Positions 37,706-48,776 are shown, numbered from the stretch's first letter. The stretch is DNA of 64,000 nt from an uncultured Solirubrobacteraceae bacterium (GCA_964588985.1 CAZPQW010000014.1:1-64000); one strand, 5' to 3'. Program-made: numbers and translations. The notes: generated by a model from the sequence alone, not told the origin.

Positions 37706-40453
37706 ATGGCCACGCAGACGGTGATCGCCGAGCCGGAGGAGGTGGACGCGACCGAGGGCGTCGAGCTGCTGATGCGCGACCTGCGCAGCTCCGCGGCCGG
37801 TCTGTCCACGCGCGAGGCCGAACGGCGGCTCGTGCAGTACGGCAGCAACGAGCTGCGCAGGCGCGGCGGAGCGCGCTGGCCGGCGGAGCTGGGGAGACAG
37901 CTGACCCACCCGCTCGCCCTGCTGCTGTGGCTCGCGGCTGGCCTGTCCTTCGCGGTAGGCAACCTGACGGTCGCGATCGCGGTGCTGCTGGTGATCGTGT
38001 TGAACGCGGCGTTCGCGTTCGTGCAGGAGCTGCAGGCCGAACGAGCGGTCGAGGCGCTCGCGGCATACATGCCCCAGCACGTCAGGGTCATGCGCGACCA
38101 GGCCTCGAAGAGCATCGACGCCGTCACGCTCGTGCCAGGCGACATTGTGCTGCTCGAGGAGGGCGACCGAATCGCCGCGGACATGCGGCTGCTCTCCGGC
38201 TCTGTCCAGGTGGACCTCTCGACGCTCAATGGAGAGTCCGTGTCGGTGCTGCGCGCCGCCGACCAGATCGACCGCGACGTCCCGCGCCTGGAGGCCAGAG
38301 ATCTCGTCTTCAGCGGCACCACGTGCACCGGCGGCGAGGCGCAGGCGATGGTTTTCGCGACCGGCATGCACACCGAGCTCGGGCGCATCGCGTCGCTCAC
38401 CGAGCGTGTCAAGGAGCAGCCGAGCCCCCTGGAGCGCCAGGTTCGCCGTGTGGCGTGGCTGATCGCGGCTGTGGCGATCGCGATGGCCGCGGCGTTCGTC
38501 CCGGTGGCGATCTTCGGCGCGGGGCTGTCGGTGCGCGACAGCGTGGTGTTCGCCGTGGGCCTGCTCGCCGGCAACGTGCCCGAGGGTTTGCTGCCCGTCA
38601 TCACGCTCGCGCTGGCTGTGGCCGTTAGCGGGCTTGCGCGTCGTGGCGCGCTCGTGAAGCGGCTGAGCTCCGTGGAGACGCTCGGGTGCACGGACGTGAT
38701 CTGCACCGACAAGACGGGCACGTTGACCGAAAACAGGATGAAGCCGATCGCGGTGTGGACGTTCGCCGCGGAGGCCGATCTGCAGGCGGATTCGGGGTCC
38801 CTGGAGGAGCTGATCGCACACGACGCGAACCTCCGCGCGCTCGCGGAGACGGCGAGCGCGTGCAACAACGCCCACCTGCTCGGGAGCGAGGAGAGCACCG
38901 GAGATCCCACCGAGGTCGCGCTCCTGACCACCGCCCGGGCGTTCGGGGTGGACGTGGACGCGGAGCGTCGCGGGCAGCGACGCAGCCACCTGTACAACTT
39001 CGACCCCGAGCTGAAGCTGATGTCGACGATCGACACAGACGGCGCCGAGAGCTGGCTGCACACGAAGGGCGCGCCCGAGTCGGTGCTGCCACACTGCACG
39101 AGCACCGTCTCCGCCGCGGGCGAGGTCGTCCCGCTCGACGCGGCACAGCGCGAGCGCGCGAGCAAGCAGGTCGAGAGCTACGCGCGCCAGGGCCTGCGCG
39201 TCCTCGCGCTGGCGAGGCGGGCGATCGACGCCACGCAACCGCCTGAGCGCGAGCAGGCCGAGCGGGAGCTGTGCCTGCTCGGCCTGGTGACGATGTTCGA
39301 TCCGCCGCGCCCGCAGGTCCACGAGGCGGTGGCGCGCTGCCACAGCGCCGGGATCCGCATCATCGTGATCACCGGCGACCATCCGCTGACGGCGGCGGCG
39401 ATCGCGGCGCAGGTGGGGATCGGGGGAGAGGACCCGCAGGTGGTGGACGCGAGCCGCATCGACCACACCCGCGAGCGCGAGCTGCGCGAGCTGCTCGCCG
39501 GCGGCAGGGAGCTGATCTTCTCGCGCGCCTCGCCCGAGGCGAAGCTGCAGATCGCGGACGCCCTGCGCGCGGAAGGCCACGTGATCGCGATGACCGGCGA
39601 CGGGGTCAACGACGCTCCGGCGCTGCGCGCCGCCGACATCGGCGTGGCGATGGGCCTGTCCGGCACCGACGTGGCTCGCGAGGCCTCGACGATGGTGCTC
39701 ACCGACGACAACTTCGCGACGATCGTCGTCGCGATCGAGGCGGGACGGCGCGTCTACGAGAACGTGCGCAAGTTCATCGTCTACATCTTCGCCCACGCGA
39801 CCCCCGAGGTCGTGCCGTTCCTCGTGTTCGCGCTCGCCGGCGGGGCGATCCCGCTGCCGCTGACCGTGCTGCAGATCCTCGCGTTCGACGTGGGCACCGA
39901 GACGCTGCCGTCGCTGGCGCTGGCTCGCGAGCCGGCCGAACCGGGGATCATGGAGCGCCCGCCGCGCCCCCGCGCGGAAGGGGTGATTCGCCCGCCGATG
40001 CTGATCCGCGCGTGGCTGTTCCTGGGGATGCTGATCGCCGCGCTCTCGATGGGTGGCTTCCTGTACGTGCTGATCGACGCGGGCTGGCACCCGGGCGACC
40101 CGGTCGGCGCGGGACACGCCCTGCACCACGCCTACCTGCAGGCGACCACGATGACGTTCCTCGGCATGATCGCCGGGCAGATCGGGACGGCCTTCGCGGT
40201 GCGCTCGCAGCGCGCCTCGCTGTGGGAGGTGGGCGTGTTCAGCAACCCATACGTGCTGTTCGCGATCGCCGCCGAGCTGCTGCTGGCGGCGGTGTTCGTG
40301 TACGCGCCGCCGCTTCAGTCACTGCTCGGGACGGCATCGCTGCCGCTACACGACCTCGTGCTGCTGATTCCGTATCCGTTCGTGGTGTGGGGCGCGGACG
40401 AGTTGCGTCGACGGGTGCAGCGCCGCCGCCATCCCGTCATTGCCGAGGCGTGA
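37706..40453 (+). CDS. P-type (P2) cation-transporting ATPase
   Basis: NVPEGL, DKTGTLT, KGAPE, TGDH, MTGDGVNDAPAL. Confidence 0.95.
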   Translation: MATQTVIAEPEEVDATEGVELLMRDLRSSAAGLSTREAERRLVQYGSNELRRRGGARWPAELGRQLTHPLALLLWLAAGLSFAVGNLTVAIAVLLVIVLNAAFAFVQELQAERAVEALAAYMPQHVRVMRDQASKSIDAVTLVPGDIVLLEEGDRIAADMRLLSGSVQVDLSTLNGESVSVLRAADQIDRDVPRLEARDLVFSGTTCTGGEAQAMVFATGMHTELGRIASLTERVKEQPSPLERQVRRVAWLIAAVAIAMAAAFVPVAIFGAGLSVRDSVVFAVGLLAGNVPEGLLPVITLALAVAVSGLARRGALVKRLSSVETLGCTDVICTDKTGTLTENRMKPIAVWTFAAEADLQADSGSLEELIAHDANLRALAETASACNNAHLLGSEESTGDPTEVALLTTARAFGVDVDAERRGQRRSHLYNFDPELKLMSTIDTDGAESWLHTKGAPESVLPHCTSTVSAAGEVVPLDAAQRERASKQVESYARQGLRVLALARRAIDATQPPEREQAERELCLLGLVTMFDPPRPQVHEAVARCHSAGIRIIVITGDHPLTAAAIAAQVGIGGEDPQVVDASRIDHTRERELRELLAGGRELIFSRASPEAKLQIADALRAEGHVIAMTGDGVNDAPALRAADIGVAMGLSGTDVAREASTMVLTDDNFATIVVAIEAGRRVYENVRKFIVYIFAHATPEVVPFLVFALAGGAIPLPLTVLQILAFDVGTETLPSLALAREPAEPGIMERPPRPRAEGVIRPPMLIRAWLFLGMLIAALSMGGFLYVLIDAGWHPGDPVGAGHALHHAYLQATTMTFLGMIAGQIGTAFAVRSQRASLWEVGVFSNPYVLFAIAAELLLAAVFVYAPPLQSLLGTASLPLHDLVLLIPYPFVVWGADELRRRVQRRRHPVIAEA

Positions 40454-41540
40454 GCACGGCCCTCGTCTGACGGGCGATCTCGACGTCCTCGCGCGCGGCG
40501 ATCACGAGCGTTCGCACGCGAGCCGCATCAGCGCTCACGTCCACGTCGCCGCTCGTATCGCGGTTGGCCGCATCGTTCAGAGCCACGCCCAGAAACCCGA
40601 GGCCCGCGGCGGCGCGTGAGCGCACCGCCGCCGAGTGCTCGCCGACGCCGCCGGTGAACACGAGCGCGTCGAGCCCTCCGAGCGCCGCGGCCATCGCGGC
40701 GATGCCACCGCGCAGCCTGTGGACGTAGACGTCCAACCCGAGCCGCGCACGCTCGTCGCCCGCCTCGGCGCGCGCGACGATCTCGCGCATGTCGGGGCTC
40801 CCCGCCAACCCCAGCAACCCGGAGCGGTGCTCGAGCGCGTCCTCCATCTCGGCGATCGACAGGCCCTCCTGCCCGGCGAGCCACAGCAGCATGCCTGGGT
40901 CGACGCTGCCCGAGCGCGTGGCCATGACGAGGCCCTCGAGCGGCGTGAAGCCCATCGTGGTGTCGAGCGAGCGGCCGTCCGTGATCGCGCACAGCGACGC
41001 GCCCGAGCCGAGGTGGCAGCTCACGATCCGCAGGCCGGCGGGCTCGCGGGCGAGCATCTCCGGCGCGCGTCGGGCGACCCACCCGTGTGAGAGGCCGTGG
41101 AAGCCATAGCGCCTGAGTCCCCAGCGCTCGCGCCACTCGGCCGGAAGCGCGTACGTGGAGGCGGCTGCGGGCAGCGTGGCGTGGAAGGCGGTGTCAAAGC
41201 ACGCGACCGCCGGCAGGCCGGGGAGCGCCGCGCTGACGGAGTCGAGCGCGGCGAGCGACTTCGGTTGGTGCAGCGGCGCGAGCTCGACCAGCTCACCGAG
41301 GGCTTCCCTAACACCCGCGTCGATCAGGACCGCGTGGCGGTAGCGCTCCCCTCCGTGCACGATTCGGTGCCCGATCGCGTCCGCTTCGCCCAGCTGTGAG
41401 CTCAGCGCTCCCTCGAGCTCCTCGGGGTCCACCTGCGCGCGCGGCGCGTCGAGCTCCCGTGATGTGATCGCGCGGTTCTCGCGGTCCAGCAGCGTGAGCT
41501 TGAGGCTGCTCGAGCCGGCGTTTACGACGAGGACTCTCAC
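40437..41540 (-). CDS. ackA: Acetate/propionate kinase
   Basis: [49 protein letters not shown]. Confidence 0.93.
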   Translation of the reverse strand: MRVLVVNAGSSSLKLTLLDRENRAITSRELDAPRAQVDPEELEGALSSQLGEADAIGHRIVHGGERYRHAVLIDAGVREALGELVELAPLHQPKSLAALDSVSAALPGLPAVACFDTAFHATLPAAASTYALPAEWRERWGLRRYGFHGLSHGWVARRAPEMLAREPAGLRIVSCHLGSGASLCAITDGRSLDTTMGFTPLEGLVMATRSGSVDPGMLLWLAGQEGLSIAEMEDALEHRSGLLGLAGSPDMREIVARAEAGDERARLGLDVYVHRLRGGIAAMAAALGGLDALVFTGGVGEHSAAVRSRAAAGLGFLGVALNDAANRDTSGDVDVSADAARVRTLVIAAREDVEIARQTRAVLTPRQ

Positions 41541-43873
41541 CGAGTGGGCCAGCGCCAGTCGTCGATGTCGGGCGGGTCGGCGCCGTGCTCGCGCGTGTAG
41601 GCGCGGTGGCGCAGGCGCTCGTCGGCCATCTGCTGGCGCAGGCTGGCGGCGTGCTCGACGAGCCCGGGCACGTGGTCGATGACGTCCATGACGAGGTGAA
41701 AGCGGTCGAGGTCGTTGAGCATCACCATGTCGAACGGGGTCGTGGTGGTGCCCTCCTCCTTGTAGCCGCGGACGTGGAGATGATCGTGAACCGCGCGGCG
41801 GTAGGTGAGACGGTGAATCAGCCACGGATAGCCGTGGTAGGCGAAGATCACCGGGCGGTCGGTGGTGAAGATGGCGTCGAAGTCGGCGTCCGGCAGGCCG
41901 TGGGGGTGCTCGCTGTCAGGCTCCAGGCGCATCAGGTCGACGACGTTCACGAGCCGAACCTTCAGCGCCGGCAGGTGCTCGCGGAGGATCGCCGCAGCCG
42001 CGACGCTCTCGAGCGTCGGGACGTCACCCGCACAGGCGAGCACGACATCGGGCTCCTCGTCTTCGGCGCACGAGAAGCAGTCCCAGATGCCGATGCCGCG
42101 CGCGCAGTGCGCGAGCGCCTCCTCCATCGAGAGGTAGTTGAGCGCGGGCTGCTTGCCGGCGACGATCACGTTGACGTAGTCGCGGCTGCGCAGGCAGTGG
42201 TCGGCGACGGACAGCAGGCAGTTCGCATCGGGAGGCAGGTACACGCGCACGATCTCGGCCTTCTTGTTGATCACGTGGTCGATGAACCCGGGGTCCTGGT
42301 GTGAGAAGCCATTGTGGTCCTGTCTCCAGACGTGCGAGGAAAGCAAATAATTAAGAGAAGGGATGGGTCTGCGCCAGGGAATCCCGCGCGTGACCTTCAG
42401 CCACTTGGCGTGCTGGTTGAACATCGAGTCGACGACGTGGATGAAAGCCTCGTAGCTGTTGAAGAGGCCGTGGCGGCCGGTGAGCAGATAGCCCTCGAGC
42501 CACCCCTGGCAGAGGTGCTCGGAGAGGACCTCCATGACCCGGCCGTCGGGCGCGAGATGGTCGTCGGTGGCGACGCGCTCGGCGTCCCACGCGCGGTCGG
42601 TTACCTCGAAGACGTTGCCGAGCCGGTTCGATGCTGTCTCGTCCGGACCCATCAGCCGGAAGTTCTCGGGGTTGACGCGGATGACGTCGCGCAAAAACGA
42701 TCCGAGCACGCGCGTGGGCTCGCTGACGGTCGCGGTGGGGGCGGGCACGTCGACGGCGTAGGAGCGGAAGTCGGGCAGCTCCAGCTCGCGCAGCAGCAGG
42801 CCGCCGTTGGCGTGCGGGTTGGCGCCCATCCGCCGCTCGCCGTCGGGGGCGATCGCGGCCAGCTCAGCTCGCAGCGCGCCTTGCTCGTCGAACAGCTCCT
42901 CGGGCCGGTAGGAGCGCATCCACTCCTCCAGTTGCGCGAGGTGCTCGGGGTTGCCGGCGAGGTCGGCGAGCGGTACCTGATGGGATCTGAAGGAGCCCTC
43001 GGCGGGAAGCCCGTCGACCATCTTGGGTCCCGTCCAGCCCTTGGGGGTGCGCAGCACGATCATGGGCCAGCGCGGGCGCTCTCGCTTGTTGTCCTCCCTC
43101 GCGCGGCGCTGGATCTCGGCGATCTCCGCGGTGATCTCGTCGAGCGTGGCGGCCATCAGCCGGTGCATCTCCTGCGGTTCGTCGCCCTCGACGAAGTGGG
43201 GCGCGTAGCCGTAGCCCTCCAGCAGCGCCCGCAGCTCCTGCGGGGCGATGCGCGCGAGCACGGTGGGGCTGGCGATCTTGTAGCCGTTGAGATGCAAAAT
43301 CGGGAGCACCGCTCCGTCGCGGGCGGCGTTGAGGAACTTGTTGGAGTGCCAGCTGGTGGCGAGCGGCCCGGTCTCCGCCTCGCCGTCGCCGACGACGCAG
43401 CACACGAGCAGATCGGGGTTGTCGAACGCCGCGCCGTAGGCGTGGGCGAGGGAGTAGCCCAGCTCGCCGCCCTCGTGGATCGAGCCCGGGGTCTCCGGCG
43501 CGACGTGGCTGGGGATGCCTCCTGGGAAGGAGAACTGGCGAAACAGCCGGCGGATGCCCTCCTCGTCGCGGCCGATGTGCGGGTAGACCTCGCTGTAGGT
43601 GCCCTCGAGGTAGACGTTCGCGAGCACTCCGGGACCGCCGTGGCCCGGTCCGGCGACGAAGATCGCGTTCAGGTCGCGCTCGCGAATCACCCTGTTGAGG
43701 TGCGCGTAGATGAAGTTCAGGCCCGGTGTGGTTCCCCAGTGGCCGAGCAGCCGCGCCTTTACGTGCTCGATCGCGAGCGGCTCGCGCAGCAGCGGGTTCT
43801 CGAGCAGGTAGATCTGGCCGACCGACAGGTAGTTGGCCGCGCGCCAATATGCGTCTAGCTCGCGAAGATCCAC
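41537..43873 (-). CDS. xfp: Xylulose-5-P/fructose-6-P phosphoketolase
   Basis: [43 protein letters not shown]. Start position approximate. Confidence 0.95.
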   Translation of the reverse strand: MDLRELDAYWRAANYLSVGQIYLLENPLLREPLAIEHVKARLLGHWGTTPGLNFIYAHLNRVIRERDLNAIFVAGPGHGGPGVLANVYLEGTYSEVYPHIGRDEEGIRRLFRQFSFPGGIPSHVAPETPGSIHEGGELGYSLAHAYGAAFDNPDLLVCCVVGDGEAETGPLATSWHSNKFLNAARDGAVLPILHLNGYKIASPTVLARIAPQELRALLEGYGYAPHFVEGDEPQEMHRLMAATLDEITAEIAEIQRRAREDNKRERPRWPMIVLRTPKGWTGPKMVDGLPAEGSFRSHQVPLADLAGNPEHLAQLEEWMRSYRPEELFDEQGALRAELAAIAPDGERRMGANPHANGGLLLRELELPDFRSYAVDVPAPTATVSEPTRVLGSFLRDVIRVNPENFRLMGPDETASNRLGNVFEVTDRAWDAERVATDDHLAPDGRVMEVLSEHLCQGWLEGYLLTGRHGLFNSYEAFIHVVDSMFNQHAKWLKVTRGIPWRRPIPSLNYLLSSHVWRQDHNGFSHQDPGFIDHVINKKAEIVRVYLPPDANCLLSVADHCLRSRDYVNVIVAGKQPALNYLSMEEALAHCARGIGIWDCFSCAEDEEPDVVLACAGDVPTLESVAAAAILREHLPALKVRLVNVVDLMRLEPDSEHPHGLPDADFDAIFTTDRPVIFAYHGYPWLIHRLTYRRAVHDHLHVRGYKEEGTTTTPFDMVMLNDLDRFHLVMDVIDHVPGLVEHAASLRQQMADERLRHRAYTREHGADPPDIDDWRWPTR

Positions 43874-43898
43874 GTGCGCTAGCTTCGCAGCATCGGCG

Positions 43899-43965
43899 TA
43901 GGTAGAAGTCCGCAGCATCTCGGGTGCCCTACCCGGACGAACCGCCGCGCACTCGCGCTTAGCAT
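43899..43965 (+). promoter_or_regulatory. Promoter of the USP gene with paired boxes
   Basis: Boxes 43899-43914 taggtagaagtccgca and 43922-43937; -10 TAGCAT at 43960-43965; centres -65.5 and -42.5. Confidence 0.55.
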
Positions 43966-43994
43966 CCTCGGCACGACGACAAAAGGAGCTGACG

Positions 43995-44885
43995 ATGTTC
44001 AAGAACGTGCTCGTGGGAGTGGACGGCAGGCCCAACGGCCGCGACGCCATCGCGCTCGCAAAGCGTCTCACCGATGCCACCGGAACGCTCACGCTCGCGC
44101 ACGTCTACAGCGGCGAGTTGAACCCGTCGCACGCGATCAGCCCAGGCCTGGTCAGAGAAGAGCAGGACGCCTCCGCGAAGCTGCTCGAAGACGAGCTCGC
44201 GGCCGCCGAGGTCGACGCGGAGCTCGTCAGCATCGTCGCGATGAGCCCAGGTCGCGGCCTTCACCAACAGGCCGAGGATCAGGGCGCGGATCTGCTCGTG
44301 GTCGGCTCCTGCAGTCGCGGAGCGTTCGGGCGGGCGATGCTCGGGGACGACACGCGCGCCGCGCTGAACGGCTCTCCGTGCGCGGTCGCGATCGCGACGC
44401 TCGGCTATGCCACTCACCGTCCGCCGGTCGCGAAGATCGGCGTTGGCTACAACGGCTCGCCGGAGGGCAGGGGGGCGCTCGAGATGGCACGCGAGCTCGC
44501 CGTCTCCACCGGGGCCACGGTTCACGCGCGGGAAGTGGTCTCGATACCGAGCGTCGCCTACACCGGCTTCATACCGCCCCTGCTCGGGGACAGCATGGAC
44601 GAGCTGCTCCAGGAGGCACGGGGTCGCATGAGCGCCCTGCCGGATGTGAACGGCAGCGCGGTCTACGGACTCACGGGCGAGGAGCTGGCGGCCTTCAGCG
44701 AAGAGGTGGATCTGCTCGTGGTCGGCTCGCGCAGCTATGGCCCGGTGAAGCGCCTGGTGGTCGGCAGCACGTCGAACTACCTCGAGCGTCACGCGCGTTG
44801 CGCGCTGCTGGTCCTGCCTCGTCCGCACGCCAGTGACGGCGAGCAGAGCGAGCATGCGGCAGTGGGCTCAGGCGTAGCCGCCTGA
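43995..44885 (+). CDS. Universal stress protein (tandem domains)
   Basis: [29 protein letters not shown]....VGSTS; AAGGAG RBS. Confidence 0.92.
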   Translation: MFKNVLVGVDGRPNGRDAIALAKRLTDATGTLTLAHVYSGELNPSHAISPGLVREEQDASAKLLEDELAAAEVDAELVSIVAMSPGRGLHQQAEDQGADLLVVGSCSRGAFGRAMLGDDTRAALNGSPCAVAIATLGYATHRPPVAKIGVGYNGSPEGRGALEMARELAVSTGATVHAREVVSIPSVAYTGFIPPLLGDSMDELLQEARGRMSALPDVNGSAVYGLTGEELAAFSEEVDLLVVGSRSYGPVKRLVVGSTSNYLERHARCALLVLPRPHASDGEQSEHAAVGSGVAA

Positions 44886-44898
44886 CCGAGAGCCTGTT

Positions 44899-45801
44899 CT
44901 AAGCGGTGATGCGGGTCCCGGCCCTGCCGGCGAGGATGGCCGCCGCATCGGAGAGCGCGCCGATGGCGGCGAGCTTGCCGGTGTCGAGTGCGAATCGGCA
45001 TGCGGCTTCGAGCTTGGGGCGCATCGACCCTGCGGCGAACTCGTCGAGATCGAGATCGCCCACTGAGGCTGCGTGGATCGGCTGTGCGGCCTCGGTCGCG
45101 TGGCCGCGCTCGACGTAGGGGACGTCCGTCAACAGCAGCAGCGCGTCCGCGTCTAGCTCGCGTGCGAGCAGCGCCGCGGAGCGATCCTTGTCGATCACCG
45201 CCTCCACGCCGTGCAGCGCGCGATGCTCGTCGAGCGTGACCGGGATCCCGCCGCCGCCGACGCACACGACGAGGACGCCGGCGTCCACGAGTATGCGGAT
45301 CGTCTGCAGCTCGACGATCGCCTGGGGCTCCGGCGAGGGGACCACGCGCCGCCAGTGCTCGCCGTCCGGGGCGACGCTCCAGTTGCGCTCTCGACCCAGA
45401 CGCTCGGCGGTCGCGCGGTCGTAGATCGGGCCGATCGGCTTGCTCGGGTGCTGGAAGGAAGGGTCGTGCGCGTCGACGATCACCTGTGTGAGGAGCGTCG
45501 CCGTCGGTGTCCCGGGCAGCCGGCTCGCGAGACCCTGCTCGAGCAGGTAGCCGATCATGCCCTCCGACTCGGCGCCGAGAACATCGAGGGGGTAGGGGGC
45601 GACCTGCGGGTATGCCTCCGCCTGCAGCGCGAGCAGCCCCACTTGCGGCCCGTTGCCGTGCGTGACGACCACTCGGTGCTCGCCGGCGAGCTCCGCGAGC
45701 GCGTCGACGGCGATCGCGACGTTCCCGCGCTGGGTCTGTGCGTCCGCGGGCTCCCCGCGACGCAGCAGCGCGTTGCCTCCGAGCGCGGCGACGATCAGCA
45801 T
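44899..45801 (-). CDS. arcC: Carbamate kinase
   Basis: ALGGNALL, THGNGPQVG, KPIGP, RRVVPSP, GGGGIPV, EAVIDKD, GSMRPK. Confidence 0.93.
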   Translation of the reverse strand: MLIVAALGGNALLRRGEPADAQTQRGNVAIAVDALAELAGEHRVVVTHGNGPQVGLLALQAEAYPQVAPYPLDVLGAESEGMIGYLLEQGLASRLPGTPTATLLTQVIVDAHDPSFQHPSKPIGPIYDRATAERLGRERNWSVAPDGEHWRRVVPSPEPQAIVELQTIRILVDAGVLVVCVGGGGIPVTLDEHRALHGVEAVIDKDRSAALLARELDADALLLLTDVPYVERGHATEAAQPIHAASVGDLDLDEFAAGSMRPKLEAACRFALDTGKLAAIGALSDAAAILAGRAGTRITA

Positions 45802-45856
45802 CTGGTGTAACCGTAGAGGGCGGCTACGGCGTCTGCTGCTCGGCCGACGCGGAAGC

Positions 45857-46219
45857 TCAGACCGGACGGTCGAGGATGAACGTCTCGACGGCGATGTCCG
45901 GGTCGACGTGGTTGCCGCTGACGAACGCAAGCACCTTGCGGCCCGTGAGTCGCTCGATGGCCGCCCTGAAGTCGACTTCCATCGCCTCCTGCAGGAGCTG
46001 GCGCATGTTCGTCACCGCGCGCTTCTCGCCACTGCGCACGAGCGCGCGCTCGGCCGGTGTCATCACCTCGCGCATGATCACCGTGACCATCTGGTCGCTG
46101 TGGATCGTGGAGGCGCTGGTCGGGCCGCGGCCGAGGTGCTCGGTCTGAATCCCGACGATCGCGCTCGTTATCGCCGCGTTCAACTCGCCGCCCTTGAGAT
46201 ACATCTGCTCGGTAGGCAT
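45857..46219 (-). CDS. DUF2294 / MpsC family protein
   Basis: GRGP, TPAE..L, R..LQ, IERLTGRKV.AF.S.NHVDPD..VE.F. Confidence 0.85.
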   Translation of the reverse strand: MPTEQMYLKGGELNAAITSAIVGIQTEHLGRGPTSASTIHSDQMVTVIMREVMTPAERALVRSGEKRAVTNMRQLLQEAMEVDFRAAIERLTGRKVLAFVSGNHVDPDIAVETFILDRPV

Positions 46220-46511
46220 GCGCCACCTCGGTTGGCAGGCTCTCGGATGGTCGGACCCACACGTCGGAAGAGAGCGAGCCACAAGGCCCAGGCGAGCGAG
46301 GAGCTATCAGCATATCGCGCAACGCCGTGAGCTCCAGGAGATGTCTCCTTCCTGTCACTCTTGCGTTGACTAGAGCGAGGTGCCAGACTCGAGGAGCGTT
46401 CGCGCGCTTCGGTGAGAGGGGTGGCGCGGGTGCGGCGTGTGGAAGATGGGTGCGAGCTGGGCTGGATCAGGCTCGGCTCGGCTCCTCGCAGGCAAGTCGC
46501 GTGGAGCCCTG

Positions 46512-48251
46512 ATGATCGATCCCGCCTCTCGGCAAGTTCTGGATTTGGCGCGCAGCGTGCTTGCCGAGCTCGACGTGGAGGTGGTCCTCGACCGTGTGCT
46601 GAGCGCCGCGCGAGAGCTCACGGGCGCGCGCTACGCCGCGCTAGGGGTGCTCGATCCCTCGGGCGCCGAGCTCGAGCGATTCGTCACCTCCGGCATCAAC
46701 GAGCGAACGCGTGCCAGGATCGGAGATCTTCCGCGCGGCCGCGGTGTGCTCGGGGACTTGATCGAGCACCCGGCTCCGTTGCGCCTCGAGGATGTAGGCG
46801 CGCATCCACGCTCGTACGGCTTCCCCGCGGGCCATCCCCCGATGCAGACGTTCCTCGGGGTCCCGATCGTGATTTCCGGGCGCGCCTTCGGGAATCTCTA
46901 CCTGACCGAGAAGGCAGGCGGAGAGCAGTTCACCGCAGAGGACGCGCAGGCGGCGGTCGTGCTGGCCGAGTTCGCGGCGGTAGCCATCGAGAATGCGCAG
47001 CTCTACGGTGGCGCCAAGCATCAGCGTGACGAGCTCGAGCGCACCGTCGCCACGCTGGAGGCCACCACCCACATCACGCGCGCGGTGGGCGATGAGACCG
47101 ATATGGCGGTCGTGCTGGAGATGGTCGCCAAGCGCGGACGCGCGCTCGTCAGCGCGAGGGTGCTCGTAATCGAGCTGTTCGACGGCGTCGATCACCTGAC
47201 GATCGCTGTGGGCGCGGGAGAGTGGTCGCAGAGCATGGAGGGCGAACGCGTTCCACTGAAGGACACGGTGGCTGAGATCGCGCTGCGCACGCTGCAGACG
47301 CAGCGACTGGAGGACGAGCTGAACCGGGCACGTTTCGACCAGCACGGTCTCGGTCGTCTCGGGGTGCGTGCCGAAGCCGGCCTGGCGGTTCCGCTGGTGT
47401 TCAACGGCCGCCCCCACGGGGTGCTGATGGTGATCGATCGGCTGGAGGACGGCCCGGGGTTCACCGCTGGGGACGTACGACTGCTGGAGGCGTTCGCATC
47501 CAGTGCCGCGACGGCCGTTGCCACCGCGAAGTCGGTCGCCACCGACCGCACGCAGCAGCGTCTTGCGGCTGCTGAGGCAGAACGCACACGGTGGGCGCGC
47601 GAACTGCACGACGAAACGCTGCAGCGACTCGCGGCGCTGCAGATCGCGCTGTCCTACGCCCGTCGCTCGGGGCTCCGGGAGAGGATGGAGGAGGCGATCG
47701 ACAACGCGAGAGGGCTGTTGGAATCCGAGATCGCCAACTTGAGATCCCTGATCTCCGAGCTGCGTCCACCGACCCTGGATGAACTCGGCCTGAGCACGGC
47801 GCTGGAAGCGCTCGGCGCGCGAGCGACCAGTCAGGGAATGGACGTCGATGTGAGCGTGGAGATGGCCTCCGGGCTGAACGGGGGCGCGATTGCGCGGCAT
47901 ACCGCGGAGCTCGAGACGGCGATTTACAGGCTCGTGCAGGAGGCGCTCACCAACGCGGCAACGCATGGGAAGGCCAGGCGCACCGTCGTCGAAGTTCAGG
48001 AGAGTGAAGGCGCTGTCCATGTGAGCGTTCGCGACGACGGCGACGGCTTCGACACCGCCGCCCAGACGGATGGCTTTGGACTGCTCGGGATGCGCGAGCG
48101 CGTCGATATGGTCGATGGCGATCTACAGATCGACTCCGGAGCAGGCGGTACGACCGTAAACGCTGTCTTCCCCGTGAGGCGCGGCGTGCGCCCCGAATCG
48201 GCGGCCCGTCCGCAAGCGCTGCGTGTCAGTGCTTTGCCGTCGCCAAGATGA
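46512..48251 (+). CDS. GAF-GAF sensor histidine kinase, DosS/DevS-like (HisKA_3)
   Basis: ARYAALGV, HP.S.GFP..HPPM.TFLGVP, NLYLTEK, ARELHD, QEALTNA, DDGDGF, GFGLLGMRER. Confidence 0.9.
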   Translation: MIDPASRQVLDLARSVLAELDVEVVLDRVLSAARELTGARYAALGVLDPSGAELERFVTSGINERTRARIGDLPRGRGVLGDLIEHPAPLRLEDVGAHPRSYGFPAGHPPMQTFLGVPIVISGRAFGNLYLTEKAGGEQFTAEDAQAAVVLAEFAAVAIENAQLYGGAKHQRDELERTVATLEATTHITRAVGDETDMAVVLEMVAKRGRALVSARVLVIELFDGVDHLTIAVGAGEWSQSMEGERVPLKDTVAEIALRTLQTQRLEDELNRARFDQHGLGRLGVRAEAGLAVPLVFNGRPHGVLMVIDRLEDGPGFTAGDVRLLEAFASSAATAVATAKSVATDRTQQRLAAAEAERTRWARELHDETLQRLAALQIALSYARRSGLRERMEEAIDNARGLLESEIANLRSLISELRPPTLDELGLSTALEALGARATSQGMDVDVSVEMASGLNGGAIARHTAELETAIYRLVQEALTNAATHGKARRTVVEVQESEGAVHVSVRDDGDGFDTAAQTDGFGLLGMRERVDMVDGDLQIDSGAGGTTVNAVFPVRRGVRPESAARPQALRVSALPSPR

Positions 48252-48295
48252 GGACTTGCCACGTTGGGGAGCGCACGAGCGAGGTCTAGTCTCGA

Positions 48296-48772
48296 ATGAT
48301 GGCTCCCGGTTTGCATCTCGTCTCTGATTCGGACCGTGAGGGCGTTCATCTGGAGAGTGGACGGATCAGGGTCGTGCTCGCCGACGATCACGAGGCGGTT
48401 CGACGAAGCCTGCGACAGGTGCTCGACAGCGAGGAGAGCATCGAGGTGGTCGCCGAAGCGCAGGACCTCGACTCGCTGATGCGCGTCATCGGCACACGGC
48501 CGGCGGTCCTCGCACTCGATCCATCGATGTTGGGCACACCTCGCCTCGAGACACTGCGACGGGCGCACAGTCAGGCGCCCAACACCGAGATAGTCGTGCT
48601 CAGCATGACCGACGACCCGAACCTTGCCCAGCAGACCCTCAACGCCGGCGCGACGGGCTTCGTGCTGAAGGACATGGCCGCAGAGGAGCTGCCGACAGCC
48701 ATCCACAGCGCGGCGGCCGGGAAGCGGTACGTGAGCCCGCGGATCGCGGTGCAGCTCGCGCAGGTGTTCTAG
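48296..48772 (+). CDS. NarL-type response regulator receiver domain only (no HTH)
   Basis: IRVVLADDH, LALD (phosphoacceptor), VLSM, GFVLKD; ends at YVSPRIAVQLAQVF*. Confidence 0.85.
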   Translation: MMAPGLHLVSDSDREGVHLESGRIRVVLADDHEAVRRSLRQVLDSEESIEVVAEAQDLDSLMRVIGTRPAVLALDPSMLGTPRLETLRRAHSQAPNTEIVVLSMTDDPNLAQQTLNAGATGFVLKDMAAEELPTAIHSAAAGKRYVSPRIAVQLAQVF

Positions 48773-48776
48773 AGCT

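Noticed and set aside
35338-40129. Very long antisense ORFs (1275 aa at 35338-39165, 915 aa at 37382-40129) and many similar ORFs across the window
   Set aside because: They are shadows of ppsA, the ATPase and other real genes. High GC3 suppresses stops in other frames, and the translations are R/A/G/P-rich with no motifs.
45810-45856. Regulon box upstream of arcC (and of xfp at 43873)
   Set aside because: The sequence at the expected -42 position matches poorly, and the 43899/43922 boxes are phased for the USP gene, not xfp.
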